A stretch of DNA of 59,532 nt, filler included, from Platydemus manokwari (taxonomy: Eukaryota), in NCBI GenBank assembly GCA_037951405.1. It is 5 parts of 5 records of this genome, joined end to end, with 100 filler letters (N's around TTAATTAATTAA, not from the genome) between each part and the next. Parts side by side here need not be neighbours in the genome. Positions count along the whole stretch, not along the records: positions 27,492 to 37,808 come from JBBMOY011145660.1; positions 37,909 to 49,208 come from JBBMOY010783314.1; 3 more parts are not named here. The stretch is one strand, 5' to 3'. Positions 27,492-41,000 of the stretch are shown one piece after another. A program made the position numbers and the translations under genes. The notes below the pieces were generated by a model that saw only the letters and a program-made list of their open reading frames with translations, was not told the DNA's origin and ran no database searches. Positions within the stretch are counted from its first letter, which is position 1. Every line of letters starts with the position of its first letter.

Positions 27492-28559
27492 AAATGACGT
27501 GTATGTTAATGATTTGCTACAGCACACACACAAGTGTTTACATCTGGTGTCAAATTCCGGTTATTAAGCTATAGACCCAATACTTTAGGAGTTCTTCTGA
27601 TTTTATTATAATAATTATTATTTTCTTTGACAACTTTTGACAATGTCAATGACTTAATCAATCTCCAACGATCCACAAGTAATAATAAACTTTAATGTTT
27701 GTAATTCATTCTCCTCGATCGCTTCTAATGCTCGTATGGAGACAAGATTTAATTTGGTATTTTAATTCCAAAACCAACCTTCTAAATTATTCCTCACTTC
27801 TCCTTTTGAAATAGTACTGACTTTATATGGCAACTCAATGATTGCTTTATTTGATTTTGCAAATGTACATACTATTATGAAAATAATGAATAATAGTTAA
27901 GACACAACAAAATAATAATTAACTTGAATTAGAAACCACAAGCACCTAAAACGAAAGAAGTCAATAAAGTACTAATAAATACAAATACAATAAATATAAA
28001 TACAATAACATGGATTTTACAACATATGGTTTTTTCATAAAGGTAATTTAGAAATGAATAAAGTGTAACTCATAAATAATAAATACATGGGTAAAGTAAT
28101 AATAAAACACAATTAATAATAATAATAATTTATATGCTAAATCCTTTCATTTCACTGCTAGCAAACACATGAGAATAAATAAATAATAATAGTAAACATA
28201 AACAATGATAATAAATAAACACAAAAATAGTGAAAATCAATGACAATTTTCGCATTACCAGGACAACCTGCGAAAATATCGTAAAAGGCAATTCAATAGG
28301 CAAAGGAAACAACTAATAAATCAGAAAAAGCATAACGTAGGCTACATTAAAATTAAGTGTAAAAGAAAGCATTGATACAGTAACGACAGTATTCAAATAT
28401 CGACGATAGGCAGAATATCTAACTTGTAGTTATGCTGCAAAGATTTATTACAAAATAAAGATATTTCTCATAATTAACTAGTAGTCAGCGAGAGATAATT
28501 TTTCGTTGTACAATTCATTTTGTTTAAATAAAATCCGACTAGCACTGGAACTCATTGGT

Positions 28560-29202
28560 TCACTGTGATGACTCTTCAAAATTTTCAATCACAGTTTTGC
28601 AGTCATCAAGTTGTTCAACGAAAATTTGTGCTAAAGTCTAAAAGAATAGGAAAGAAAAACAAACAATAACAAAATCTATCCTCTGGCGAATTTTCTCTGA
28701 TATAAAAATTAAATGTAAAAGCATGATTTATCCTATAGCCTATAGATGAATTTTAACACATTGTTTTCTCCACGATGAGATAAACTATGAACTTCGCAAC
28801 CACGACAGATGCGCTCTACTATGGTCTCACATAAAGCATCATAAAAGGTGCAGAATACTATATTGTCTCTCAAATACGATCTTAATAAAGGGAAAGTTTA
28901 AAAATTGAAAATGATCACGACCTTTATATACCTTTAGGTAAAGAACTTTTGTTATTCGAGTTATGTTCACCCGACTCTATTCAAAAAGATCTGTAGAAGA
29001 AAGTTGCTTTTAAGAGCCAACAAATATTCATTTGTTTTTGGTATCACGTTCTCCAGAAAACAATTCTAATATTAATGATTAGTCTGAGTCAAACCTGTGC
29101 AAATTTTTTGAATTTAGAATTTACTTATAGATTGGAATACTTACTGGACTGTGTTAGGTTGTCTTCATCAAAATATGAATCGAATTTTGTCATTATTTTC
29201 CT
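28560..29202 (-). other. Candidate exon chain (29145-29202, 28932-28990, 28560-28637), weakly syntaxin-Habc-like, with stops
   Basis: Consensus splice sites (gtaagt, ttcttctacag, aag/gtatat, ttcttttag), phase compatible, giving RKIMTKFDSYFDEDNLTQSNLFE*SRVNITRITKVLYLKTLAQIFVEQLDDCKTVIENFEESSQ*. Confidence 0.3.
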
Positions 29203-32200
29203 CTATAAATGTGATGTTGTCACAACATCTAGTTTAGTTGTCATGACTGAATAAATTACTCACCGACTCTTAACTGTGTGAAGTCTAATATTGCATTCAA
29301 AATGAATAAAAGTAATAATAATTATCGTTATTAATATTACCTTATAGTGATGATAACATGTAGAATTATTTTTGCTTTAGAGGGTAACCAAAATGTGAGC
29401 AATCGGAATTATTTATTTATGCACTTCTATTAATAAATAAATCGATAAATAAATAAATGAGTTCCACAAATTATGCAACTACTAGCAAATTAATTAGATC
29501 GCGTATCATAAATAACAATAAGATATCGAGATTACCTCACAAGTTAAGATGGAAAACTTCATTTATAATTCACAAAAGATAGTTGTGAAGTTGTTTATTC
29601 CTGATTGAGTTTGTACAGCTAGCTGTGGGAACTAATAACAATCAACTGTGGCATAAAACAACCAATAAAGGAAAAAATAGAGTTTAAGGAATTGATCAAT
29701 GTTTGGACATAGACTTGGTTGCTGTGTTTAAGAAGTGATTAACCCAAGGACTGCCAATATTAAATATAAACTAGCAGAAAATTTACTCGTAATTCCATTG
29801 TGATCCAACGGTAAAGTCGAGAGAATCAATAATGTATGAGTAGAGTATCTGTATTCTAATAAACTGAAATTCAATTGCTTAATATTCTTCAAATATTGGT
29901 TTCGATTCGCATGTGTGATTTAGGTTTGCAAAATTCGAAAAATTTATGCTCCAATTTCATCTGACATTTTTATGTACTAATACAGCGATTGCAATGTTAT
30001 TTTTATTATTTTGTGTTATCTCTATTTATATTTTTGGAATTTTAATTGTTTATTTTGTAGATGAAGTTTTCGAAATGCAACGTTAATTCTTAATTTCCTG
30101 TTGTTATGTTAATTTAAATTCAACTTGAACGATAAGAATATTTAATATTAGAATCATCATGCAGGCTTTGTTTTAATTAAAATTAATAGTCATGCTAATG
30201 TTTATTGGTTGTGTTTGTGTGTATCGTATTAGATTATAATCTAAAATAATTAGATTATTCAATCATAGGTTATCATTTTAAAAGGTAACATTAATTTTAT
30301 TTACCTTTAAAAAGATTATGACAGGAAATGCTGTTGTATTTATTTTTGGATCATGAATAATTTCTAGTATATATATATGATTTACGTTTGAGAAAAATTA
30401 AAAATTGTAAATATTATAATAATCATTTATATTTAATGAAGTTATTTAGGCAGATAAATTTCTAAAGCTATTTATCTAATAGTATTTATCATCTCTTGTT
30501 TTTCTAAATGACTCATTAACTAAGTTCGTACTGAGAAAAATGAAGATATTTTAAAAACGAGTAAATCTTATCGACAACTCTTCACCAAATGATTCATTCC
30601 GTTTGGAGATAAATCAGTTCGTTTATGATTTTAATTAAATTACCGTCACAGAATCATCATCTTCTGACCTTATGTGTTTTATTTATAGTCACACTATCAC
30701 GTTATCATGTAAAATATATTATACTGGTATAATTATGTAAAATTATAATACCAACACTTAACATTATCATGTAAGAGTTTAAGTTAAATAACAAAAATAT
30801 TTGTAATCGGTAATTCATATTCCTACAAATTATGTGGACATATATTATTTATTTATACCATTTTAGAAATACTTGAGAACCATCGATGTCCATTGTTCTC
30901 TAATCGCTTTTCATTCCTTTTTGTTAGTAACTGTGAAAAATTATATTTTTTGTTGTCACTGTGCTACGGTTTAACAAAAGTATTTTAAATGATTTGCGAG
31001 TTTCGAATTGAATATTTTTGAGAATTTTGATTTTAAAGTTGGCATAGTTGGATATGGTAAGAAGCAAGATAACTTTCATTGAAAACCAAACTCACTTGTT
31101 GCTTAATGTGATCATTCATGTATTGAGAAACCAACAGCATAAACTGAATTATTATTATTACTCCAAACTTGAATTAGCCAAATATACATAATAATAATTA
31201 CATCATTCACAACAATATAATAATACCAAATAACCTCACACACATATATAGCATGTTTTTTTCTTTAGTAATTTTGTAAGTTTATTTATTTTTATCTTTT
31301 GTAAATATTTAAATTTTCGAATTCTTTTCCGGTAAACTTAAAATTTGTTTTTTTTTATGTTATGTAAATATTTATTTTCTAAGTTTATTATTATTATTAT
31401 CATTGTATTATCAATATTATTATTATTTACGTACAGATCATTTCATTTGTCTCATACTTACTTAAATAAGTTAAAGCTTAGCTTCATTTTACCAGACTAA
31501 AATGAAATTTCTTTCCGTCTGTACATACTTTCTTAAATACAATAAAATTATAATGAAAAAATTCCGAGAAAATTTTGTTTACTCTGAAAGTTGAATGAAA
31601 GTTAACATTATTTGAGATTTCGAAATTAATAATTCTAATTAATTTTAGTAAAAATTGTACTATCAGGATTCAAAACATTCTTTTGAGTTAATAAGATAAC
31701 TGAAATATTTTGAGAAACAAATTTATTTATTGTTGATATCTTTTAGCAAGAAACTTAGATTGGATAATTGATCTAATCTCTATCAGTTCTATTCATTTTC
31801 TCGTTCTTATCTTCTATCAGATCTTGATCTTAATTTGGTTCATTTATTAATTGTATTTGACATTGACAAACAACCCGCTTTATAATTTCTTCAACAAGCT
31901 TATCTGATTAAGATTTAAGACTATCGAAATCAATAAATCAATTTTATTGTTTTGCTGATGTATATGATTTATTAAAGGAAGAAAATTTAAAATCTAGAAA
32001 TCAATTGTAATAAATAACTAATTAGATTAGAAAAGTAATTTCAATATTACGCATATGTGGTATATAGAAAAAACGGGTCACAGAAATCGATCCATACATT
32101 CTTTAAAATCAGAGCTACATAAGCACACCAACACAGAAAGAACCAATAAGATATGGGGAAATTAACCATTTCAGTTGAGAATGTGATACATGAACAACAC

Positions 32201-35200
32201 AAACACAGTATTCAGCAAGCAGCTTCATGAACCAATGGAAACATGATAGAAAAATAATCTGAATATGAAATAAATTGTTATCTCTATTCAATTACTCATA
32301 AAACAATATAAATACGATTATTAATTTTGAATAGTTCCAGTCTCCTATCGATTACCACCGGTTTCATTTGATAACCAGTTTAAGCCAATATCAGTTACCA
32401 TGCCACCGGTTTGTTAGTTGGCTGTTATTAGACGCATTGTAAATTATAGATTAGATTTGTGATATTTTTGACAGAAAAATAAGTTAATCGATTAAAATAA
32501 TGAGTAAAAAAAGTTTTAAAATAAAATTTAAATTCCACATGAACGTCAAGAAAGATCAAAATGATGATGAGATAAACCAGTTGGAAAAAGTTGGTATAAA
32601 CTACCAATTATAAGTCAATTAGGTACATTGTTTTAGTCAGATTATTTTATTTATATGTCAACACATAATAGTAATATTTTTGTCATAAAAACAATAATTG
32701 TGGATGAACCAATGTAGATTATTTTATCAGATAACAATGAATAATATTGATAAATTTCTCTTCACTCCATTATATAATAGACGCAATACAATGTTTACTT
32801 GTGAATGAGAAATATTTGAGTTGGTTGAGTTTATTGATGTAAATATTTTCTGTTGTCATCGTTTAATGGTTTGTCGAAGTATACACTCATTATTTGTATC
32901 GGATATGAGCGACAGTAGTGAGAGTATTGCACGATTATTTTTAGCTTCATTTTCATTTTCCTGTGAGGTTGATTTTTATTATCGATCTGGGAAATATATT
33001 GCGGAAACGTAATGATAAGATTGAAATAAGCTTTCATTTATTAGTTGTTATTTTCATTCGCTATATTACCGTCAACTACATAACTTGAATTATCCATTAA
33101 AAATCTAGTAGTAGATAACTTTTATAAACTGATATTTAAACAAAAATTTCTAAAGATTTTAAATTAGATTTTCTTAGAAGGTTAAACGATGTCTGTTTTG
33201 ATCAGAATAATTTTAAATTTAAGAAATAGCTTACAAATTAAAATTTTTCAAATCAATCACCACATCAACCTGATCCTTAACTAAAGTGTCAGTCAACTTA
33301 AACTTGATATTGATTTTTTTGTTTAATGCATATTTATCGATTTTATAATTGCTTCTTTATATTTTGAGTTGAAATATATTATTTTTTACACCATTTTACA
33401 ATTTGTCCTCTGATATTAAAAAAAAAACAAATATTTTCAATGATATTTTGTAAGTAATTATCTCATGTTTGTTGGCTTGAAAAAGTATTCTATCATTAAT
33501 ATCGCTGGCTGCCCTGGATGGTGAACATATTAATGTAAATATATCTGTCATAGAACAAGGATGTGAAATGAAAAGTTAGATTAATTTAAGAATGATGTTT
33601 CGATCAATTCTCATAGACAAGTTTCAACATACACTATTGATAAATATAACCGAGAATATGTGTCGATATTGATATGTAAAAATAAACATTTAACTAGTTG
33701 TGAATAAAAAGGCATTTCATATCATAAAAATATACGAAAATTAAATTATATACCGTAAGAAAATAATTTACGACGAAATTCGATAAAATCTCATTCATTT
33801 CTTATTATAGCGATAGAATAGTTTCTATCAAACAGATAATATGATAATATATAATGCTTGAAGCCAGAGAATGCAAGATCACCAGTGTCATTTAGGGAAA
33901 CTTCGAAGGGCAAATATTATCGATTCTGTGTATTTAAATACAGTAGATATTTGAGCTCTCTTTGTTCTAATTTAGTTTTCATTTTTGTAAACATATAATG
34001 CACAATATTGAATTATGGGTACTGATGGATTATATATATGCGTTTATGTATTGGACACAATTCTGAGTGATAAATTTGGCTCTGTAATGTATAATGATGA
34101 ATGGGGTCCAGCAATGATTAATTTTTGATAATCTTGGATTTAAGATTACCAATTAAGATTTATAGAAATGATGAAAATGAAAGAATTCCAAATTTTAAAT
34201 ACGTAGCATCAAGGTTTTAATATCAATTACCTTTCATCTCGACGTATAACTTTTTATTGTCTGATTCCCAAGAAATTTAGATCAATATGTTGATTTAAAT
34301 TATAAATTATGAAATAAAGGTTGGTATTGCTTTAGGAAGTATTGTAAAGGTAAAAAGAATAATCATGGTGCGTGGAAAAAAATTTCCTTAAAAATATAAA
34401 AAAAATATGAGGATAAAATCTATTTATTGGTAATATAAAAGCTTATAAATATACTAAAAGTAAGCTCTTGGAATTTATGGTCTTTAATTGTTGACAGAGA
34501 AAGGTAACGAGGATATTAAGAATTTATTTAAGGAGAATTAATGTAATTTAAAAGGAAAGAAGTTCCTATTACTATGCATATATATTTAAATTATGAGACC
34601 TCCAAATTTATAGAATGAAGTTCGTTTAAGTTCAGGAGGATTCTTACCTTACTAAAATTCTTATAAATATAACGAAAAAAATAAACTTAAACGAGTTAAC
34701 CTTTATCCTATAAAAAAGCTTGGGAAGTTTAAAAAACAGTAATCATATTTTAAGTTTACCAGACTGTTTAGAGTGTGACAACGAAAAATTAAATATAAGC
34801 ACAAATAAAACATAAATGGAAATATATAGAATTAAAAATTTTATCATTGAGAAAAGGGTGCTGGAAGATTTATTAGTTCATAATTATAAATTAAGAAAAA
34901 AGGCAAACCTGAACAGTGTTTTAAAATTAAAAGCAATCATTTCATTCAGTAAGATGATTAATAGCAGTTCCAGAATTACTAACAACTATTCACAACACAC
35001 AACTACCTAAACTCAACGAAGTCAACTTAATTTATTGATTCCTATCTAATTTTCTGATTCATATTGAGAGTAACAACAAATTATTCTATTTGTAAGAATA
35101 TATTTATTATAATAATGTTTACAAAATTTAATAAAGTACCATCTTAATAATCTATTAAAAGTCAATGATACTGTTAAACCAGAACCACGTTCTGATAGCT

Positions 35201-35400
35201 GACCTGATATGCCAGTATATGTAACTGCACCAAAAATACAAAAATCTACTTTACAAATATACCAGCAACTAAAGGAACTAGCTTAGAAATAAACATAATT
35301 TTTTCTTCCGCAGCTGTCCACTTGAAATGGCATTTTACAGAGTTTAGCCACTTTCTAAATACTATTCTGCACATATACGTATATTCGCTGAGCTTAACAG

Positions 35401-35964
35401 TGTTGAGTAACAATTAACAATAAAACCTGAAAATTATAATTTAAATTACAATATCACAGCTCGATTTATGAGCAGATCCATTTAAAATCTTTTCACAAGT
35501 CAGTAACAAATTATCATACAAGACGGGATCAGCACCTAAAAGTCAAAAAGAGAATAGAAAAAAACCAAAAAGACTGGCTGCTGAAAATCAAGTAAAAATC
35601 AAGAATAGAATACAGATTACCGACCAAACAAGACTGACAGTTATTCATGAAATCCTACCTCTTTTATAGATGTAATGAGTGTGTCTGCTTGATGTCACAG
35701 ATCTTTGTCATTCATTTGCTGGATTTACTCGTGCACAGGTCTGCTTGTAATTTTCCTAGCATCACTTATGCCATTAGCAGATATTTGAGTTTGCTGTCAT
35801 CTATATGTGCCTGTCGATTTTTAATTTCTAAATATGGATTAATATTAGAAATAATCTAATTGGCTGTTGGCACATGTGTTTATCGAATGAGAGTGTCAAC
35901 CTTTTTTAGGGTTATTTCCCTGGTTCCTGTAAGCATTTTGGCCGATTTTGTGACCTACTCAACA
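35401..35964 (-). mobile_element. Solo LTR, 564 bp, homolog of 25465-26021
   Basis: 9-bp terminal inverted repeat TGTTGAGTA...TACTCAACA, flanks ACAG/ATAG. Shares GATAAACACxxGTGCC, AATCCATATTTAGAA, TCTATAAAAGAGGT and CTGTCAGTCTT...TTGGTCGGTAA with the 25.5-kb copy. Confidence 0.85.
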
Positions 35965-36201
35965 ATAGCTAATCACCAATATTTTCCACGCCTACACAAT
36001 TTATTGCTAAATAAAAATGTTAGTTGCTAATTTAATTTATTTATCAATGTTTTTTGTCGAAATTTGCAGTTCAAGTATTTATTTTATACTCATCAATGAT
36101 TATTTTTAATTTATGGACTATTTCTTGTAAATATGAGCTGAAATTGAATGTAATTTTACGATTATATATGTGTATGTATATATTCCATTTTTCATTTTAG
36201 A

Positions 36202-36265
36202 TTTATTATTATTATTATTATTAATATTATTATTATTATTATTGTTATTATTATTGTTAATATTA
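36202..36265. repeat. Imperfect (ATT)n microsatellite
   Basis: Direct reading. Confidence 0.8.
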
Positions 36266-37808
36266 TAATATATTCAGATAATTATTTTATGAAATCAACG
36301 ATCATCATATTCTATGAAATTTATAATAATTATGCTTCATATTATCTCTATGTTTAATTAATCTCTGTATCGCCTTATTTTCCTTGAAATCCTTGGTCGT
36401 TAAACTGACTATAAATGTCTTCACAACTGTTTCCACTTTCGATATTCTATCGTTATAATACCTGCTTATTTTATTTTTTAACTAGTGTGAAATGACTATT
36501 GCTATGGTTTTGCTATTGTTACACATTCTGTCAATTCCATGTTAGCAGATTCTAATGCTGTGTATAAGCCGCTATGATTTTCAAATTCCAATTCATAACG
36601 AGTCCTCACACTATGTAAAATAACTTTTATGATCATCGGACGTAACGCATTATTAAATTTTCGAACAAGTATTTTAATGAGAATATTCATGTTAAAAAAT
36701 TAGTAAAAGTAGTTTACCATATTTTTCTTAATTTTTTCAAATTATACAATGTCCTTTTAAAATGAAGTTGTTTTCAAAGTATTGTGTTCATCTAGTAATA
36801 TTTAATAATAATTTTTAAACTGTATTTTCTACTCTATGCCACACTGAAGAATTTATTTTTAGAAAGTCTTAATTCATTATATGAGATCAATACTAATAGC
36901 TAAACGAAGTTCGTCTTGAACCCATCAAATTATTGTGAGATTCTTTATATTAATAACCAATCAGGTCAATTAGATATTGTTAAGTTTACCACTGACATTG
37001 AACTCAACTGGTCGAATGACCTCACTTCTTATCTTTGCTCAGCACTGAAAAGTCTCTTTTTGATGAAAATGTATTACGAAATGTATACAAAGTACACTTT
37101 ATCAAATTTATAAAGTGGGGACAACCTCCGCCTAAAAGTTATTGATAGAAAAAAAAGAATACTCACTCTTTTCACAATTCTGCTAATATATACGAAAAAA
37201 CTTTGTAGAATATCTTTTAATACAATTTCGCAAAAATACTATACCATGTTTTACTTTTACCACTAGTAAATACCAGTACCTAACTAGCTTTTTTTTAATA
37301 AAAGAATTTTAAAATTTCATTTTTTTCTCGTCATGGCAAAGATTACTACTTTGCTTATGTATTTTCGTTGAAATCCATATTTAATCAATATTGTTATATG
37401 ATTATATAATTATATTATATTCCATTTATCTTTTACTATTTTATACCATTTTCTTCCAAATCCTGTGTCCAGTATTCTTGATTCGAAAATATTTTGTTTA
37501 AATAAAAATATTAATTTTCCTAGATGTTTAGTCCAATTAGGACTGAACACTGTTCTGTCACCATCGTCAACATTTTTCCATTGGAATTAATTCGAATGGT
37601 GAGTGATAAAAATTACTTTAATTCTTATTTTATCAATGTTACTCCGAAACCAAAGTAGTATTCATTAAATAGCTATTGTGAGCTTGAATTTAAATTAACT
37701 GATAATAATTTAAAAATTTCGGCTAAAGTTAAAAAAAAGGGTCCTAAAATAAAATTTTAAAATTGTGGAGTGTATTGCAAAAATCTATATAGATTATTTA
37801 ATTAAATT

Positions 37809-37908
37809 NNNNNNNNNNNNNNNNNNNNNNNNNNNNNNNNNNNNNNNNNNNNTTAATTAATTAANNNNNNNNNNNNNNNNNNNNNNNNNNNNNNNNNNNN
37901 NNNNNNNN
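37809..37908. other. Assembly gap linker
   Basis: 44 N + TTAATTAATTAA + 44 N. Confidence 0.98.
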
Positions 37909-38015
37909 TTTTAAATTTAAATTTTTATAATTATAAATCGAGTTAGTTAATTACAGATATGTTTAATAATATCATTGGTTATTTTATATAATAATTGTAA
38001 AAATTGAGAATATCT
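37909..38015 (+). repeat. Dispersed repeat, copy 2 (contig start)
   Basis: Near-identical to 18013-18120. Confidence 0.85.
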
Positions 38016-41000
38016 TTAATATTTTAATAATATTTAATAACATAACATAAAATTCCAGTGAAAATTCTAGTTGCATAATGAAGCAAGTTGTTCTCTTGAG
38101 AAAACCAATTAAAAATTTCATAAAAATTCAAATTATTTTGGACCCATTTTCACAAAAATCTAACCATTAAATACATAAAATTTCAAGTAAAAATAAATGG
38201 TATTGGATTTTTTTAAAATTCATATCAATATTGATTTGCAATGAAATTCTTTAAATTGATATTCTGTAAATTATTAATGACAATAAAACTGAAATGCTTC
38301 ATTCTAAACATTATCTCCAGAGCTTTGGTCAAACGCGGTCATATTATTTATGATTAATAATTATTTAATGGAGATAGTTAGTCATTTTTCCAATATGTTT
38401 CATAGATAAAATGAATATTCTGAAAATGATTAAGAATTGTTTAATTTGATACTGAATTTTGAAAATCAAGTTGAAAATATCGGAGATTTTTCTGGTTTAA
38501 ATGCTGTCGTTACCATATCTGATAATAAACTCCATTCGGTTTAAGAATCGATGAGTTTAATTAAGATGGATTTTCAATGCTACGTGGATTTGAAAATAAT
38601 TTGATATGTTCATAAGATTGAACTTCTTTTTTATATTATAATTTAAGATGAAAGATTTTGTCATCAGCATATGTCTCTATATCATGTGTATCATAAAACC
38701 ACGTACAGCAACCCATTAATCATTTATTTTCGTTTTATGTCCTTTTAATTCCACCATAAAAAGTTATTTCTAATAATCGTAGTAAGTAATATATATGTGA
38801 TTTCTAAAACTACGTGAAGGATGTATTCGATATTATGTAAAAAAAATTTGTGAATAAAATATTAGAAAAGGAAAAACATGGTTAATAAATATTTATTCTC
38901 AAAATCTGAACATTAATACAAATCTTGATTTACATTACATTAGATAAATTCTAATTGAAATATTTGTTGAAACCAAATCATTTCATTTATTATGTTCATG
39001 TGATGAAGGAGCATCAAAATTAAATGATGCTGAACCATGTTTATATAGACGGATATACTCAGGGGAATAATGTTGGAGTCTTCAAAAAAATATTCCAAAT
39101 AAATTTATCAGTGAAATTATAGTCAACAATCTAATTAGAAACTAATTATAATCGTTTTGATTGCATATGGATTTGTTGTTTTAATTCAGATTGGGTTACA
39201 AATTTTATTGACAAATTAGAATGATTTATTATCTAACAATATAAAAGTTAATTGTTGACTTTTGGAATTGCCATCAATATTTGTGTATTAGCCAGTTAAG
39301 GTTTGTTTTTACTGAGGGCAAGGCAATTAAATTCCATTTACAAAAAATGATTAATTGTTTTGAAAGCCAGTGATAAAATTGTTAAAAACAAAAAATCTTT
39401 GGTTGTTTGGAACCATTTTTCAGCATCTTAGATTGATGCATCGAAAAATTATGACTTTACTGCCTCTCTTCTCTTTTGGCTCCAGTAAGAGCATTTATTT
39501 CGGCGTGTTCGCCAGTAAAAACATCGGTTGTTTCTATCAAAGTTTATTTATTTAAAAATCACACGCATTTTCTCGAATATTTAAACAAATCTAAGATTTA
39601 TTTAACTGTATAAAAATTTATATTATTTAAAATTATATTAATTGTATTCAAATACATTTTTAGTGCTATGTCTTTTCAGTTCGTTTTCGATGCTTGTTTT
39701 ATAAAATAGTATCAGCTTACATTGCGATCACGCATCTGGATTCAATTCTGAGAAGATCAATAGCTGAAAATTATGGATGAATATGTGAAAGATATTGAGA
39801 ATAGATAGAGAATATATAAAGAAAAGTTAAAGGTGTTAAGAAGAAATTGAGAAGATATAGAATAATTAGATATTTTCATATAGATGAATATGTAGAGTAT
39901 TCGACACAAAATCAGTTAAGGATACAAAGAAAATCAAAGAAAGAGGAATGTGTGAATTTTTAATTGAATTTCCAATGCGTGCTTTAAAAAGTAGTAGCGG
40001 CTACCATTTCGCGCGCAAATCAATACGTCATATGATAAAACGGAAATTTTTTGATTCATTACCATTGATTATCATTTTGCGTCGGATTTTCTTTTCCACT
40101 CCAATGCTCTAGGCATATATTAGAAATCTGTCAAGCTAATACTTGAAATTCCCAAAGAAAAAATTCAATATATTCAAAAATAGCTTGTTTATTATAATTC
40201 AGTATATTCAAACAACATCCATTGTATTGTCCACATTGTTTAGGATTTCTCGAGAATATTTACATTTATTCTTATTACTGATGATATATTTTGTCCGATT
40301 TGTGGGGATTATTATTGTAAATTCACAATCAATGTATTTATTCATTCAACAGATAATACCGATTTCAAGAATCCTTGCAAATCACGAGTACCGGATAGGA
40401 CACAGGATCTACCTATCCATTATTCAACCTAAAGTTATTAGTATTTATGATTTGGCTATAAATATTTACCAGGCCTAATCATATTTTATTTTCACATCAC
40501 ATATCTTTCAAATATTTTCTCCAAATAATCTCTTTCACATTCATTCAATGTATTTGTTTTCTTTATGAATTATGATTTGAAATTTTCTGTTTTCGTAAAT
40601 ATTTCTTGTGCTCTACAATGCAAATTTTTAGAAAAGAAAATGATTTTCGAATATTTTCAAAATCTTTTTTTAAGATTATAATCAAAATTTGAAAAATAAT
40701 TGAATTTTAACCACTATAACTCACTCGGCATGCATTTCCGTGGCATCATTTTAATAAAATCAATGACTTGCTGACAATGTTATGCCAACATTTTATGATC
40801 TATATGGCATTGGTGTGTATTTGGGATACAATACAATACCGGAAACTAATCATTCAAATATAATTTAATCATATTCAATGTTATAAAATCATCAAAAAGA
40901 TGTTCATATTTTCCGGGTCGAAAAAATCCATTTTCGAATTATGTTGTGAGATATTAAAATTATGACATGATTTTCAAAATTTCGAATCTATATTTTTTAC

